NCBI GenBank assembly: GCA_902761715.1
Contig: CACWLK010000005.1
Span: 17,038-81,037 of the forward strand
Reading direction: 5' to 3'
Length of the DNA stretch: 64,000 bases
Source of the DNA: an uncultured Rhodospirillales bacterium
Lineage (GTDB): Bacteria > Pseudomonadota > Alphaproteobacteria > RF32 > CAG-239
A program made the position numbers and the translations under genes. Positions 40,754-49,684 of the stretch are shown here, in pieces. The first letter of the stretch is position 1. Every line of letters starts with the position of its first letter. The notes beneath the pieces are model-generated. The model was not told where the DNA came from. It ran no database searches and worked only from the letters and a program-made list of their open reading frames with translations.

Positions 40754-41299
40754 ATGATAAAACGTGTAAAAAATATAAGAAGCAAATACTATAATCCTCA
40801 GCGTGAGAGCAGGGGGTGCAAGTGCGATTTCCCCGGTTGTAACAAAGCCGGAGAGTTCCGTGCCCCCAAAGATCGCTCGCTCAAAGAATATTATTGGTTT
40901 TGCCTTGAACATGTTCAGGCATATAATGCTAAATGGAACTATTATGATGGTGAGTTTGACGAGGAGCCCGAAAAAAAACAAAATTCCCGCATGCATTTCA
41001 GACCATTCAAATCTCGAGTAAAATATCAATTCGGATATGATTTTACAGATGATTTTGATTTCTTTAATACCTATTCCGATAGCTACAAACCTCGCCACCC
41101 GGCTTCTCCCATGCGTGATGACTTTTTAAGCATTATGGAAATATCCGAAGAAGAACTCTCGATTCCTCTGCTCAAAAAACAATACAAAAAGTTAGTAAAG
41201 AAATATCATCCTGATTTAAACGGTGGCAACAAAGATGCCGAAGAAAAATTCAAACGTTTGACAATTGCATATCAGGCTCTTTTAAAAGAACTGTCTTAA
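40754..41299 (+). CDS. J-domain protein with an N-terminal Cys-rich (CxC-x4-C...C-x2-H) zinc-ribbon-like region
   Basis: The C-terminal [20 protein letters not shown]...[11 protein letters not shown] is a J domain with the HPD motif. The N-terminal [15 protein letters not shown]...YWFCLEHV provides the Cys/His ligands. Confidence 0.7.
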   Translation: MIKRVKNIRSKYYNPQRESRGCKCDFPGCNKAGEFRAPKDRSLKEYYWFCLEHVQAYNAKWNYYDGEFDEEPEKKQNSRMHFRPFKSRVKYQFGYDFTDDFDFFNTYSDSYKPRHPASPMRDDFLSIMEISEEELSIPLLKKQYKKLVKKYHPDLNGGNKDAEEKFKRLTIAYQALLKELS

Positions 41300-41820
41300 A
41301 CTCTTTTTCTTCTTATCAAAATTTTAATTACACCGCTTCCGCCATCTCTGGGCTGCGGGTGGTTTATTGCCAAAATCAGCGGACGAATTTCCGGCAAATT
41401 AAGCCATTGCGGTACACGTTCTTTCAACACTCCGCGGCTCTTAAAAATCTCATCACCTTTTTCAACATGAAGACCTTTTCCGGTAATAATCGCCACACAA
41501 CGCCGGCCTTTGATATATGCGTTTTTTACAAAATTTATTACCTTGTCAAAGGCTGCATCTTCGGTACAACCATGCAAATCGAGTTCTTCCTCAATCTTGA
41601 AACTTCCGTCCTTAAATTTTTTTGCGGTGCTTGCATCAATATCCGCAGTTTTTCCAAACTCCAAATCTTGTAGCCGATTCCCGCGATAAACCGTGTTTGC
41701 CGACACTTTCGGAACAACGTGAAACACTTTGCTTTTTCTTCCGGTGTCTCGGGGAAATTTTTTTAAAGGACTAACCCCTTTGATTGCCTCATTCCACGAT
41801 TCGTCATCGTTAAAGACCAT
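41296..41820 (-). CDS. Smr-domain protein
   Basis: [15 protein letters not shown]...VAIITGKG is an Smr/MutS2-C signature. Confidence 0.8.
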   Translation of the reverse strand: MVFNDDESWNEAIKGVSPLKKFPRDTGRKSKVFHVVPKVSANTVYRGNRLQDLEFGKTADIDASTAKKFKDGSFKIEEELDLHGCTEDAAFDKVINFVKNAYIKGRRCVAIITGKGLHVEKGDEIFKSRGVLKERVPQWLNLPEIRPLILAINHPQPRDGGSGVIKILIRRKRV

Positions 41821-42985
41821 TGCGCTGTCCCTTAGGTAACAAAATAAAATATTTTCCGCTTGAGTTCATGCTGCCGGCTTGCGCCAAAACATCATCTCCG
41901 CCGCTTCCCCAAAAATAGTCGCCGCGAACAACCCCTTTAATTGCACTGCCGATGTCTTGCGCAACCACCAATTTGTTTATAGCCTCACCGTTTGGTTTTT
42001 GCGTAACCAACCACAACAAGCTGCCCAAAGGTATAACATCACGATCAACCGCCAAACTTCTTCCTCCTTGCAAAGGCAGACCGAAAGCCCCGACCGGACC
42101 GCTCTCGTTTATAATCCTGTGAAAAATATAACGACGATTTTGTTGCATATATTTTTTGGCTTTTTCCGGGTTGTTATTGAGCCATTTTTTTATTTCAATC
42201 ATATTGGCTTTGCCGGCGCTCAGTTCTTTATTTTCAAGTAGAATACTTCCAATTCCTCTAAACGGTAATCCGTTATTATCGGCATATCCGACACGGACTT
42301 TTTTGCCGTTATCCATTATTGCTACTGCTGATCCCTGAATTTGCATAACATGAACATCAACAAGGCTATCCGCATACATCAAAACCGGTGCGGATACACC
42401 GCTGTTTTCAATGGCGGCCCTGTCAAAATAAGGCACAACTTTCTTTTTGTTTACTCTGCCAATCAACCGTTTTGCTGGCAACGATTCGTCAAAATCCTTA
42501 AGATTAATTTCTACCAAATCACTAGGCACCCCATATACTGGATATTTATATTTTCCGTGTTTATGAAAAGATGCATTAATCTGTGATTCGTAATACGAAG
42601 TAAATTTTCCGTCGGCGTTGCCGTCATTTAACACCAAAAACGGGTCAAAATTATGCTCGATAAAATGGCGCAAATCGTTATCATTTGCCAGATTTTCATC
42701 AACCAGTTTATTACAAATTTTTTGGTACAGTTTTGTATCAACTTTTATTGCGCTGTTACCCAACCAATCAGTTTTTATACCGGCGATTCTTTTGCAGTTT
42801 CTTTGCAAAGTTTCACGCATTTCGCTTAAATTATCTCGATTCCAACCGTCCAACTCATCAAAAGCCGCAGCCTGAAGTTCCGGTTTCATGCCGGTTGTAA
42901 CAGACAACTCATCAGGTTTCTGCTCTTTTTTTTGTGGGCACGCTGTCAGTAAAAATACCAGTAAAAAGGTAGCAATCTTTTTCAT
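41810..42985 (-). CDS. mltA: membrane-bound lytic murein transglycosylase A (lipoprotein)
   Basis: Lipobox LLTAC. MltA N-terminal domains and the C-terminal 3D domain (AVDRDVIPLGSLLWL...AQDIGSAIKGVVRGDYFWGSG) are present. Confidence 0.85.
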   Translation of the reverse strand: MKKIATFLLVFLLTACPQKKEQKPDELSVTTGMKPELQAAAFDELDGWNRDNLSEMRETLQRNCKRIAGIKTDWLGNSAIKVDTKLYQKICNKLVDENLANDNDLRHFIEHNFDPFLVLNDGNADGKFTSYYESQINASFHKHGKYKYPVYGVPSDLVEINLKDFDESLPAKRLIGRVNKKKVVPYFDRAAIENSGVSAPVLMYADSLVDVHVMQIQGSAVAIMDNGKKVRVGYADNNGLPFRGIGSILLENKELSAGKANMIEIKKWLNNNPEKAKKYMQQNRRYIFHRIINESGPVGAFGLPLQGGRSLAVDRDVIPLGSLLWLVTQKPNGEAINKLVVAQDIGSAIKGVVRGDYFWGSGGDDVLAQAGSMNSSGKYFILLPKGQRNGL

Positions 42986-43638
42986 TTTTTTGTAGACACC
43001 AAAATCCAGTTAGGGGAAGTCGCATTAATGCTTTTTTCAAAAGTCCAAACATCTGTGATTGACTGAATAAAATTTTCGTCTCCTTCAATTACATTACCTT
43101 TGGCGTCTTTCAATACATTTGCCTGTTCACTCACAAAACGCACGGCAATCTGTGCATTGCTCTTTTCATCAATTTTGGCATTGACTATTTCCGCCGAATT
43201 AAACCCGACAAAATCAGTTTCGGCGGTAATACCGTCAGCCTTTCTCTGTTTGATAATCTCATCAAATTTTTTGACCAGATTTTTCCCGACTAAAGTTTTG
43301 AGGGTTGTTGTATCGCCGTTGGCAAACGAGGTTATGATTATTTCAAAAGCTCGTTTTGCCCCGTTTATAAACGATTCTTGATTAAATCTCGGAATTTGTC
43401 GTAAAACTTTTTCGGTTTCGCTCAATTCGGTATTCGGCTCAGCATTCAGCTCCCCGCCATCAACCGTATTTTTTTGCGAATGTCTTAAATTTTCTTTCAT
43501 CAGAATATCAAAGATTTTTTCTGCGCTTTCTTTACTAATCGGGCGTGTTTCCGTCGGTTTTGTACCTAACACACTCCATAATTTTTGGAAAACAACTGCA
43601 ACAACCAGCAGCAAAATTAAAATATCTAAAGCCATCAT
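42982..43638 (-). CDS. Tim44-like domain protein
   Basis: It has an N-terminal TM helix and a C-terminal Tim44/NTF2-like domain (...ITDVWTFEKSINATSPNWILVST). The Tim44-mltA-smr block divergent from secB is conserved in alphaproteobacteria. Confidence 0.75.
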   Translation of the reverse strand: MMALDILILLLVVAVVFQKLWSVLGTKPTETRPISKESAEKIFDILMKENLRHSQKNTVDGGELNAEPNTELSETEKVLRQIPRFNQESFINGAKRAFEIIITSFANGDTTTLKTLVGKNLVKKFDEIIKQRKADGITAETDFVGFNSAEIVNAKIDEKSNAQIAVRFVSEQANVLKDAKGNVIEGDENFIQSITDVWTFEKSINATSPNWILVSTKK

Positions 43639-43706
43639 ATCCTCTTTATTAAAGCCGTTATTTGCCTATAATATAGCTAAAATGTTAATATTATCAACCT
43701 ATTTGT

Positions 43707-43741
43707 TTGACCTGTAAAAAATATTTATTATACTCTAAGCA
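43707..43741 (+). promoter_or_regulatory. candidate sigma70-type promoter for secB (TTGACC-N16-TATACT) with an AAGGAGA RBS
   Basis: tttgacctgtaaaaaatatttattatact sits about 25 nt upstream of the ATG. Confidence 0.35.
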
Positions 43742-43764
43742 AACAAAGAATAAGGAGAATACAA

Positions 43765-44214
43765 ATGGATGAACAGTCTGCAAAAACAGCAATAGCGATT
43801 CACGGACAATTTATTAAAGACCTGTCGCTGGAAATTCCGCATGCGCCGGAAATCTTCGGCGAGATTAAAACCGCCCCCAAAATGGATGTGCATATTGACG
43901 TAAAAAGCGAGCCTAAGGGCAACAATCTTTATACATCTCAACTCGATATATCCATGACCGGAAAAGTTGAAGAAAAAACCTTGTTTGTGTTGGAGCTGTC
44001 TTATATGGCATATGCTGAAATAAACGTTCCCGAAGAGCACTTGGAGCCGGTTTTGATGGTTGAATTGCCCCGCCTGATTTTCCCATATGCACGCAACGTG
44101 GTTACTCAGTGTTTGTGCGAAGGTGGTTTGCCTCCGTTTATGCTCAACCCGATTGATTTCGGGGCAATGTATATGGCGCGCAAACAAGCCGAAACAACTA
44201 AAAAAGACGCTTAA
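43765..44214 (+). CDS. secB: protein-export chaperone SecB
   Basis: 149 aa. FGEIKTAPKMDVHIDVKSE...LELSYMAYAEI...LFPYARN matches SecB. Confidence 0.9.
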   Translation: MDEQSAKTAIAIHGQFIKDLSLEIPHAPEIFGEIKTAPKMDVHIDVKSEPKGNNLYTSQLDISMTGKVEEKTLFVLELSYMAYAEINVPEEHLEPVLMVELPRLIFPYARNVVTQCLCEGGLPPFMLNPIDFGAMYMARKQAETTKKDA

Positions 44215-44231
44215 GAGCAATCAATCAAAAA

Positions 44232-44268
44232 AAACACCCGTTGCGGTTGCGGGTGTTTTTTTATTTTT
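44232..44268. terminator. bidirectional intrinsic terminator after secB
   Basis: It is a 7-bp stem acacccg/cgggtgt with a 9-nt loop, preceded by an A-run and followed by tttttttatttttt. Confidence 0.6.
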
Positions 44269-45010
44269 TCTTTTTGCGCCGATGTGTCAACCTCGGTCTG
44301 TCCGATTTTGGCGAACCTATAGCCAGTTTGTCCTCCTGCCCGAGGAGAGAATTAATAATATCCATCGGATTTTTGCCTTGTGATAGCTGCTGCTTTGCAA
44401 CTTCCGAAGCAACAGATTGCACCACTGCATTGCGAAAAGCATTTTGTGCTTCAATTCTGCTTTGTTCAGCAATTCGATTCTCTTTCTCGGTAAACTTGCG
44501 ATGAAAACGAGCAAACTCATATAAAGGGTCTCCGCCACGTTGATATGTATCAAGACCGGTAAGTTTGGTTTTTTCATCAACCAATGCTTTAATGCCGCCG
44601 CATTCGTTATCACGATACAACTTCCAATCTTCAACGATTTCCCAACTTATTGCCTCACGCACATTAAACGGATCAATCTCACCGAATTTGATTTCTTTAA
44701 CGTTGTTTGTATGGTGATAGATTGTAATATTTTTTTCAAAAAATTCCTTGCTCTCTTTAACCTTCCTTCTTGGATTCGTAAGCGACTGACACAAGCAAAA
44801 AGCCACTAAAGCCGTCTTAAATTCTTCATTGCTCTTGTACATAATTTTAAGTGGCTCGCGCATGACTTCCGGCGTTTGCAAAACCAGTCTTACGCAATAA
44901 TCGCTCAGATTTTGTAATGCATCAATTTGATCCGGATACAATTCTACATTACATGCAATTGTGCATGTCAGCGCCTGATCCACCAAATTTTGAATATCAT
45001 TTTGATCCAT
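44261..45010 (-). CDS. hypothetical protein (249 aa) with a C-terminal polybasic tail, co-transcribed with rppH
   Basis: Its start overlaps the rppH 3' end by 14 nt. The C-terminus is RPRLTHRRKKKK. I recognise no family. Confidence 0.5.
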   Translation of the reverse strand: MDQNDIQNLVDQALTCTIACNVELYPDQIDALQNLSDYCVRLVLQTPEVMREPLKIMYKSNEEFKTALVAFCLCQSLTNPRRKVKESKEFFEKNITIYHHTNNVKEIKFGEIDPFNVREAISWEIVEDWKLYRDNECGGIKALVDEKTKLTGLDTYQRGGDPLYEFARFHRKFTEKENRIAEQSRIEAQNAFRNAVVQSVASEVAKQQLSQGKNPMDIINSLLGQEDKLAIGSPKSDRPRLTHRRKKKK

Positions 45011-45476
45011 TTTTAAATCCTTTTTTAAGATAAGGTCTGAATATTCTTACCATTTCTAAATATACGCCTTTCTTAAATTCTACAATTTTTTGCAGTGCCT
45101 CGTCAATATCAACCCACTTCCAATTTCTGAATTCAGGTTCTTTGGTTTGTAAATTAATTTCTGATTCGCTACCGACAAAACGGAATAAAACCCAATTCAT
45201 TGCCTGCCCTTTTTTATGAAAACGTTCGGCAACTTTGGGCGGAAAATCATATTTAAGCGGGGTATCGATTACCGCCACAACTTCGGTTGAACTCACAGAA
45301 GTTTCTTCTGCCAACTCTCGTTTTGCCGCCTCAATAATCGATTCCCCTTCTTCAATTCCTCCTTGCGGAAACTGCCATTGTCCGCGCAAATCGGCACGTT
45401 CGCACCACAGCACTGAATTTTTGCTGTTGCAAAGAACAATACCTACGTTGCGCCTATATTGGTCAGTCATCATCAC
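44997..45476 (-). CDS. rppH: RNA pyrophosphohydrolase RppH (NudH)
   Basis: GWQFPQGGIEEGESIIEAAKRELAEETSV is a Nudix box. The gpmI-envC-ctpA-rppH synteny is intact. Confidence 0.85.
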   Translation of the reverse strand: MMMTDQYRRNVGIVLCNSKNSVLWCERADLRGQWQFPQGGIEEGESIIEAAKRELAEETSVSSTEVVAVIDTPLKYDFPPKVAERFHKKGQAMNWVLFRFVGSESEINLQTKEPEFRNWKWVDIDEALQKIVEFKKGVYLEMVRIFRPYLKKGFKNGSK

Positions 45477-45479
45477 ACA

Positions 45480-46781
45480 CTATTTTTGGTTATAAATACT
45501 CAACGCTCTGATGGTATCAACTGCTCGCAACAATTGATAATCTTTTTTCAGTTCGTCATCTTGAGCGTTGTCGCTTTTTGTGTCTTTTTTATTATCTGCG
45601 GTTTCATTCTTCAAAGCATTTTTCAACTCCGCTTCGCTGATTGTCAAACCGTCAGTATTAATTTCTTCCACTTTAGCCGGTTTTACTTCAATATCTGGCT
45701 CTATCCCCTTGGCCTGAATTGAGCGTCCTGAAGGAGTATAATAACGAGCGGTGGTCAAACGGATTGCTCCGTATTTACCAAACGGAATAACGCTTTGAAC
45801 CGAGCCTTTTCCGAAAGACTTTTCACCCAAAATAACCGCACGCTTATGGTCTTGTAATGCTCCGGCAACAATTTCTGATGCCGAGGCCGATCCGTCGTTA
45901 ATCATAACTACAATCGGCAGACCATTGACAATATCCCCCTCGGTTGCGGTGTATTTTAACGTGTCTTCCTCATTACGAGCACGGGTAGAAACAATTTCTC
46001 CCTCGTTTAGGAACAAATCAGAAACCGCAACAGCTTGGTCCAACAGTCCTCCCGGGTTGTTACGAACATCCAAAATAACGCCCTTAATACCGTTTTCGGT
46101 TTTCTTTTTCATCTTTGCAATTTCTTTTTCTATTGTTTTATCTGCATCTTCGCTGAATGAAGAAATACGAATATAAGCAATATCGTCCGCTTTTATATCA
46201 CTCTTTATTGATTGAATTTTTATTTCTTCACGCTTCAAAACAACATCAAACGGTTTTTCGCTGTTGCGACGGATTGTCAGCTTAATTTTTGTGCCGGGTT
46301 TGCCACGCATTTTATCGACCGCCTCATTAAGAGTCATACCGATAACCGGTGTTCCGTCGAGAGAAATAATATAATCGCCGGGCTTTAATCCCGCTCTGAA
46401 AGCCGGAGTATCATCAATCGGCGATACAACTTTAACCACTCCATTTTCCATGGTTACTTCAATTCCCAAGCCACCGAATTTTCCTTGTGTCTGTTCATTC
46501 AAATACTTAAAACTCTTGGCATCCAAAAAGCTTGAATGCGGATCCAAAGACGACAACATTCCGTTCATCGCCGATTCCAACAATTCTTGGTCGCTAACTT
46601 CTTCTACATAAGAAACTTTTGTTCTCTCCATAACTTCACCGAACAGATTAAGCATTTCATATGTATCAAATTTTTCTTCTTTTGACTGTTCAGCTTTTTT
46701 GTCGGCGGCGGTAACACAACCAGAAGCCAACAAGAGACCGGAGGTTAAAGTAAAAATCATCAATTTTTTTAACATGTTCAT
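45480..46781 (-). CDS. ctpA: carboxyl-terminal processing protease (S41 family)
   Basis: It has a signal peptide, a PDZ domain (GLKPGDYIISLDG) and the S41 catalytic region (GSASASEI, KGSVQS). Confidence 0.9.
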   Translation of the reverse strand: MNMLKKLMIFTLTSGLLLASGCVTAADKKAEQSKEEKFDTYEMLNLFGEVMERTKVSYVEEVSDQELLESAMNGMLSSLDPHSSFLDAKSFKYLNEQTQGKFGGLGIEVTMENGVVKVVSPIDDTPAFRAGLKPGDYIISLDGTPVIGMTLNEAVDKMRGKPGTKIKLTIRRNSEKPFDVVLKREEIKIQSIKSDIKADDIAYIRISSFSEDADKTIEKEIAKMKKKTENGIKGVILDVRNNPGGLLDQAVAVSDLFLNEGEIVSTRARNEEDTLKYTATEGDIVNGLPIVVMINDGSASASEIVAGALQDHKRAVILGEKSFGKGSVQSVIPFGKYGAIRLTTARYYTPSGRSIQAKGIEPDIEVKPAKVEEINTDGLTISEAELKNALKNETADNKKDTKSDNAQDDELKKDYQLLRAVDTIRALSIYNQK

Positions 46782-46802
46782 ATTCCCGTTTTAAGTTGTT
46801 TT

Positions 46803-48065
46803 TCAGTTAGCAATCCAAGCCATAGGATCCAGTGGTTTGTTATCCTTTCGGAGCTCGATATAAAGGTGGGTATCGTTGCTTTTAGGCATCTGCCCAACTG
46901 GTTCTCCGGCCAAAAGCATCTGCCCGACCTCACAGTCAATGTTGTCCATTCCGGCCAACAATGACATATATCCGTCTCCGTGTTCAATAATAATAAGTTT
47001 CCCGTATCCGCGGAACGGTCCGGCAAAAATAACCGATCCGTCATATGGAGAAATAACTTGTGCTTGCGAGCGAGTTTTTATTGAAACCCCTTTCGAAGTT
47101 ACCCCTTTTGAGGTCTCTTCTCCATATGCAACAACAATCGGACCCCTTGCCGGCATTGGCAAACGACCGCGAGCTTTTGCAAAACTTTTTCCGGTATCCT
47201 TCATAAAACTTTTTGAAGGTTGTGCCGGTGCGCTCGATTCTTGAGGTGCCGGCTCCGGCTCGCTTATCCCTTGTTGTTTTCTGTAAGCTTCAAGTTCGGC
47301 TCTTTCTCGTGCTTCTTTTTCTCTGCGCAGTCTTTCGGCTTTTTCTCGAGCAAGCCTTTCTCTTTCGAGTTTATCCAACAATTCCTTAACATCTTTTGCT
47401 TGTTCTGCCAATTGTTTTATTTTTTGTTTTGTTTCCTGTGACTGTGTTTGCAATTTTTTTTGCATTGCCGACTTTTTAGCCATTAAATCACGCATTTTAG
47501 CGTGTTCTTTTTCAAGCGAGAGCTTGCTTGATGCAATTTTTGCCATCTGTTGTTCAATATTTTTCTTTTTGTTCGTAATATCCTCAAGTTTACGACGAAT
47601 TTTTGTAGCTTCTTCCGAAAGATAGGGTACCGTCTCACGCAAAAGTATGGCGCTGCGAATAATCTCTACCGGTGATAAAGGTTGTACAAATAACGATTCC
47701 GTAGGTTTTAAAGCCAAATTTTGCAAAGCATAAAGTGTCTGAATCAGATTTTTATCTTCAACCGAAAAATCAGCCTCTGCTACCTTCAAATCTTCCTGCA
47801 GTTGCAAGAGCTCTTTTTCCAAGCCCGAAGTTTTATCTTCAATGTTTTGAATTTGTCGAGCTTTGGTTATCATGGTTTTACTTATTTGAGATAACTCGCG
47901 CCCGACTTTTTCGCTTTCCTGTTGCAACTGTTTTTGTTTGGTGTTTTCCTGACGAACTTGTTTTTGCACATATTCCAAATCTTGTTTAGATACGGGAGCA
48001 GCGCCGGTGCTGAATGCAATCAGCACCAATGCCGTTACCCATATCAACAAAATTCTTTTTTTCAC
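46803..48065 (-). CDS. EnvC-like murein hydrolase activator (coiled-coil plus M23/LytM peptidase domain)
   Basis: It has a signal peptide, a long coiled coil, and a C-terminal LytM domain (IIIEHGDGYMSLLAG...HLYIELR). Confidence 0.75.
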   Translation of the reverse strand: MKKRILLIWVTALVLIAFSTGAAPVSKQDLEYVQKQVRQENTKQKQLQQESEKVGRELSQISKTMITKARQIQNIEDKTSGLEKELLQLQEDLKVAEADFSVEDKNLIQTLYALQNLALKPTESLFVQPLSPVEIIRSAILLRETVPYLSEEATKIRRKLEDITNKKKNIEQQMAKIASSKLSLEKEHAKMRDLMAKKSAMQKKLQTQSQETKQKIKQLAEQAKDVKELLDKLERERLAREKAERLRREKEARERAELEAYRKQQGISEPEPAPQESSAPAQPSKSFMKDTGKSFAKARGRLPMPARGPIVVAYGEETSKGVTSKGVSIKTRSQAQVISPYDGSVIFAGPFRGYGKLIIIEHGDGYMSLLAGMDNIDCEVGQMLLAGEPVGQMPKSNDTHLYIELRKDNKPLDPMAWIAN

Positions 48066-48074
48066 AATACAGTC

Positions 48075-49610
48075 CTACTCTTTAATCAGCAAAGATTTTC
48101 CTGTCATTTCTTCTGGCTGTTTGATTCCCAACAAATCAAGCAATGTCGGAGCAATATCAGCCAATTTTCCCTTTTGCAAGCCGGTTATGTTTTGCGGAGC
48201 ATTAATCAGCACCGCTTGTACATCACCGACGGTATGTGCGGTATATGGTTGACCGGTAACCTCGTCTACCATTTTTTCGGCATTACCATGGTCTGCAGTA
48301 ACCAAAATAACTCCGCCGGCATCTTTGATTGCCTTAACCACACGTCCCAAACACTCATCAACCGCAGCAACGGCCTTGAGCGCTGCTTCCATAATGCCTG
48401 TATGACCAACCATATCGCCATTGGCAAAGTTGCAAATAATTACATCAAATTTTTTGTTTTCGATGGCATCTACCAAATTGTCCGTAACTTCATAAACCGA
48501 CATTTCCGGTTTCAAGTCATAAGTGGCGACTTTCGGACTTGGAATCAAAATTCTCGATTCTCCATTAAATTCCTTTTCTTCCCCACCGTTAAAAAAGAAT
48601 GTTACGTGAGCATATTTTTCGGTTTCGGCGATGCGCAACTGTGTCAACCCGTTCTTGGCAACAACATCACCAAAAATATTTACCAACGCCTCCGGCGGAT
48701 ACATTGTTTGCATAAAACGATTATGATCAACCGAGTACTCTGTCATACCGACGGCCATTGATAAGTTGAGGGTTTTCTTTCTTTCAAAACCGGCAAAAGT
48801 CTTATCGGCAAGAGCATACAAAATTTCTCTGGCTCTGTCGGCACGGAAATTTGCCATCAAAACGGCATCGCCGTCTTCCATTCCGGCATAGCTTCCGATA
48901 ACACACGGAACAACAAACTCATCGCTAACCTTACCGGCATAAGATGCTTTTATGGCCTCATCAGCACTTGCAAACTTTTTACCGTCAGCCAAAACCAAAT
49001 TATTATAAGCTTTTTCAACTCTATCCCAACGTTTGTCTCGGTCCATTGCATAAAAACGACCTGACAATGTGGCAATTTTTACCGAATTCAATCCGGCAAT
49101 GTCTTTTTCAAAGTCAGCTAAAAACTCAACTGCCGATTCCGGTGGAGTATCACGACCGTCCAAAAAAGCATGGACGTCGGTTTTGATCCCGTTTTTGTTC
49201 AAAATTTTTGCCAATGCAACAATGTGCGCCTGTGATGAGTGCACACCGCCCGGCGACATCAATCCCATCAAATGACAGGTTTTGCCGTTGTTTTTGAGTG
49301 TTTCAATCAGTTTGCATAATACGGGATTTTTCTCAATACTACCATCTTTGATTGCCATATCAATCTTTGGCAAATCTTGCATAACCACACGACCGGCTCC
49401 CAGATTGGTATGACCGACTTCAGAGTTGCCCATTTGTCCGTCCGGCAATCCGACTGCCAGACCTGAGGTTTGAATTAAGTTGTGCGGATATTTTTTCAAA
49501 TATTCGTGCCAATTTGGAGTATGTCCTTGTTCAATGGCGTTATCCGGAGTGATTTTTTCACGATAGCCCCAGCCGTCAAGAATTAACAGCATAACAGGTT
49601 TCTGTCTCAT
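48075..49610 (-). CDS. gpmI: 2,3-bisphosphoglycerate-independent phosphoglycerate mutase
   Basis: 511 aa. LLILDGWG and MGNSEVGHTNLGAGR are present. Confidence 0.95.
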   Translation of the reverse strand: MRQKPVMLLILDGWGYREKITPDNAIEQGHTPNWHEYLKKYPHNLIQTSGLAVGLPDGQMGNSEVGHTNLGAGRVVMQDLPKIDMAIKDGSIEKNPVLCKLIETLKNNGKTCHLMGLMSPGGVHSSQAHIVALAKILNKNGIKTDVHAFLDGRDTPPESAVEFLADFEKDIAGLNSVKIATLSGRFYAMDRDKRWDRVEKAYNNLVLADGKKFASADEAIKASYAGKVSDEFVVPCVIGSYAGMEDGDAVLMANFRADRAREILYALADKTFAGFERKKTLNLSMAVGMTEYSVDHNRFMQTMYPPEALVNIFGDVVAKNGLTQLRIAETEKYAHVTFFFNGGEEKEFNGESRILIPSPKVATYDLKPEMSVYEVTDNLVDAIENKKFDVIICNFANGDMVGHTGIMEAALKAVAAVDECLGRVVKAIKDAGGVILVTADHGNAEKMVDEVTGQPYTAHTVGDVQAVLINAPQNITGLQKGKLADIAPTLLDLLGIKQPEEMTGKSLLIKE

Positions 49611-49684
49611 TTCTTTTTCCTTTTTATGATTCTTTTTTCAAGATTATATATAATTACTGAAAGAATAAAAGCACAAATATTCGG

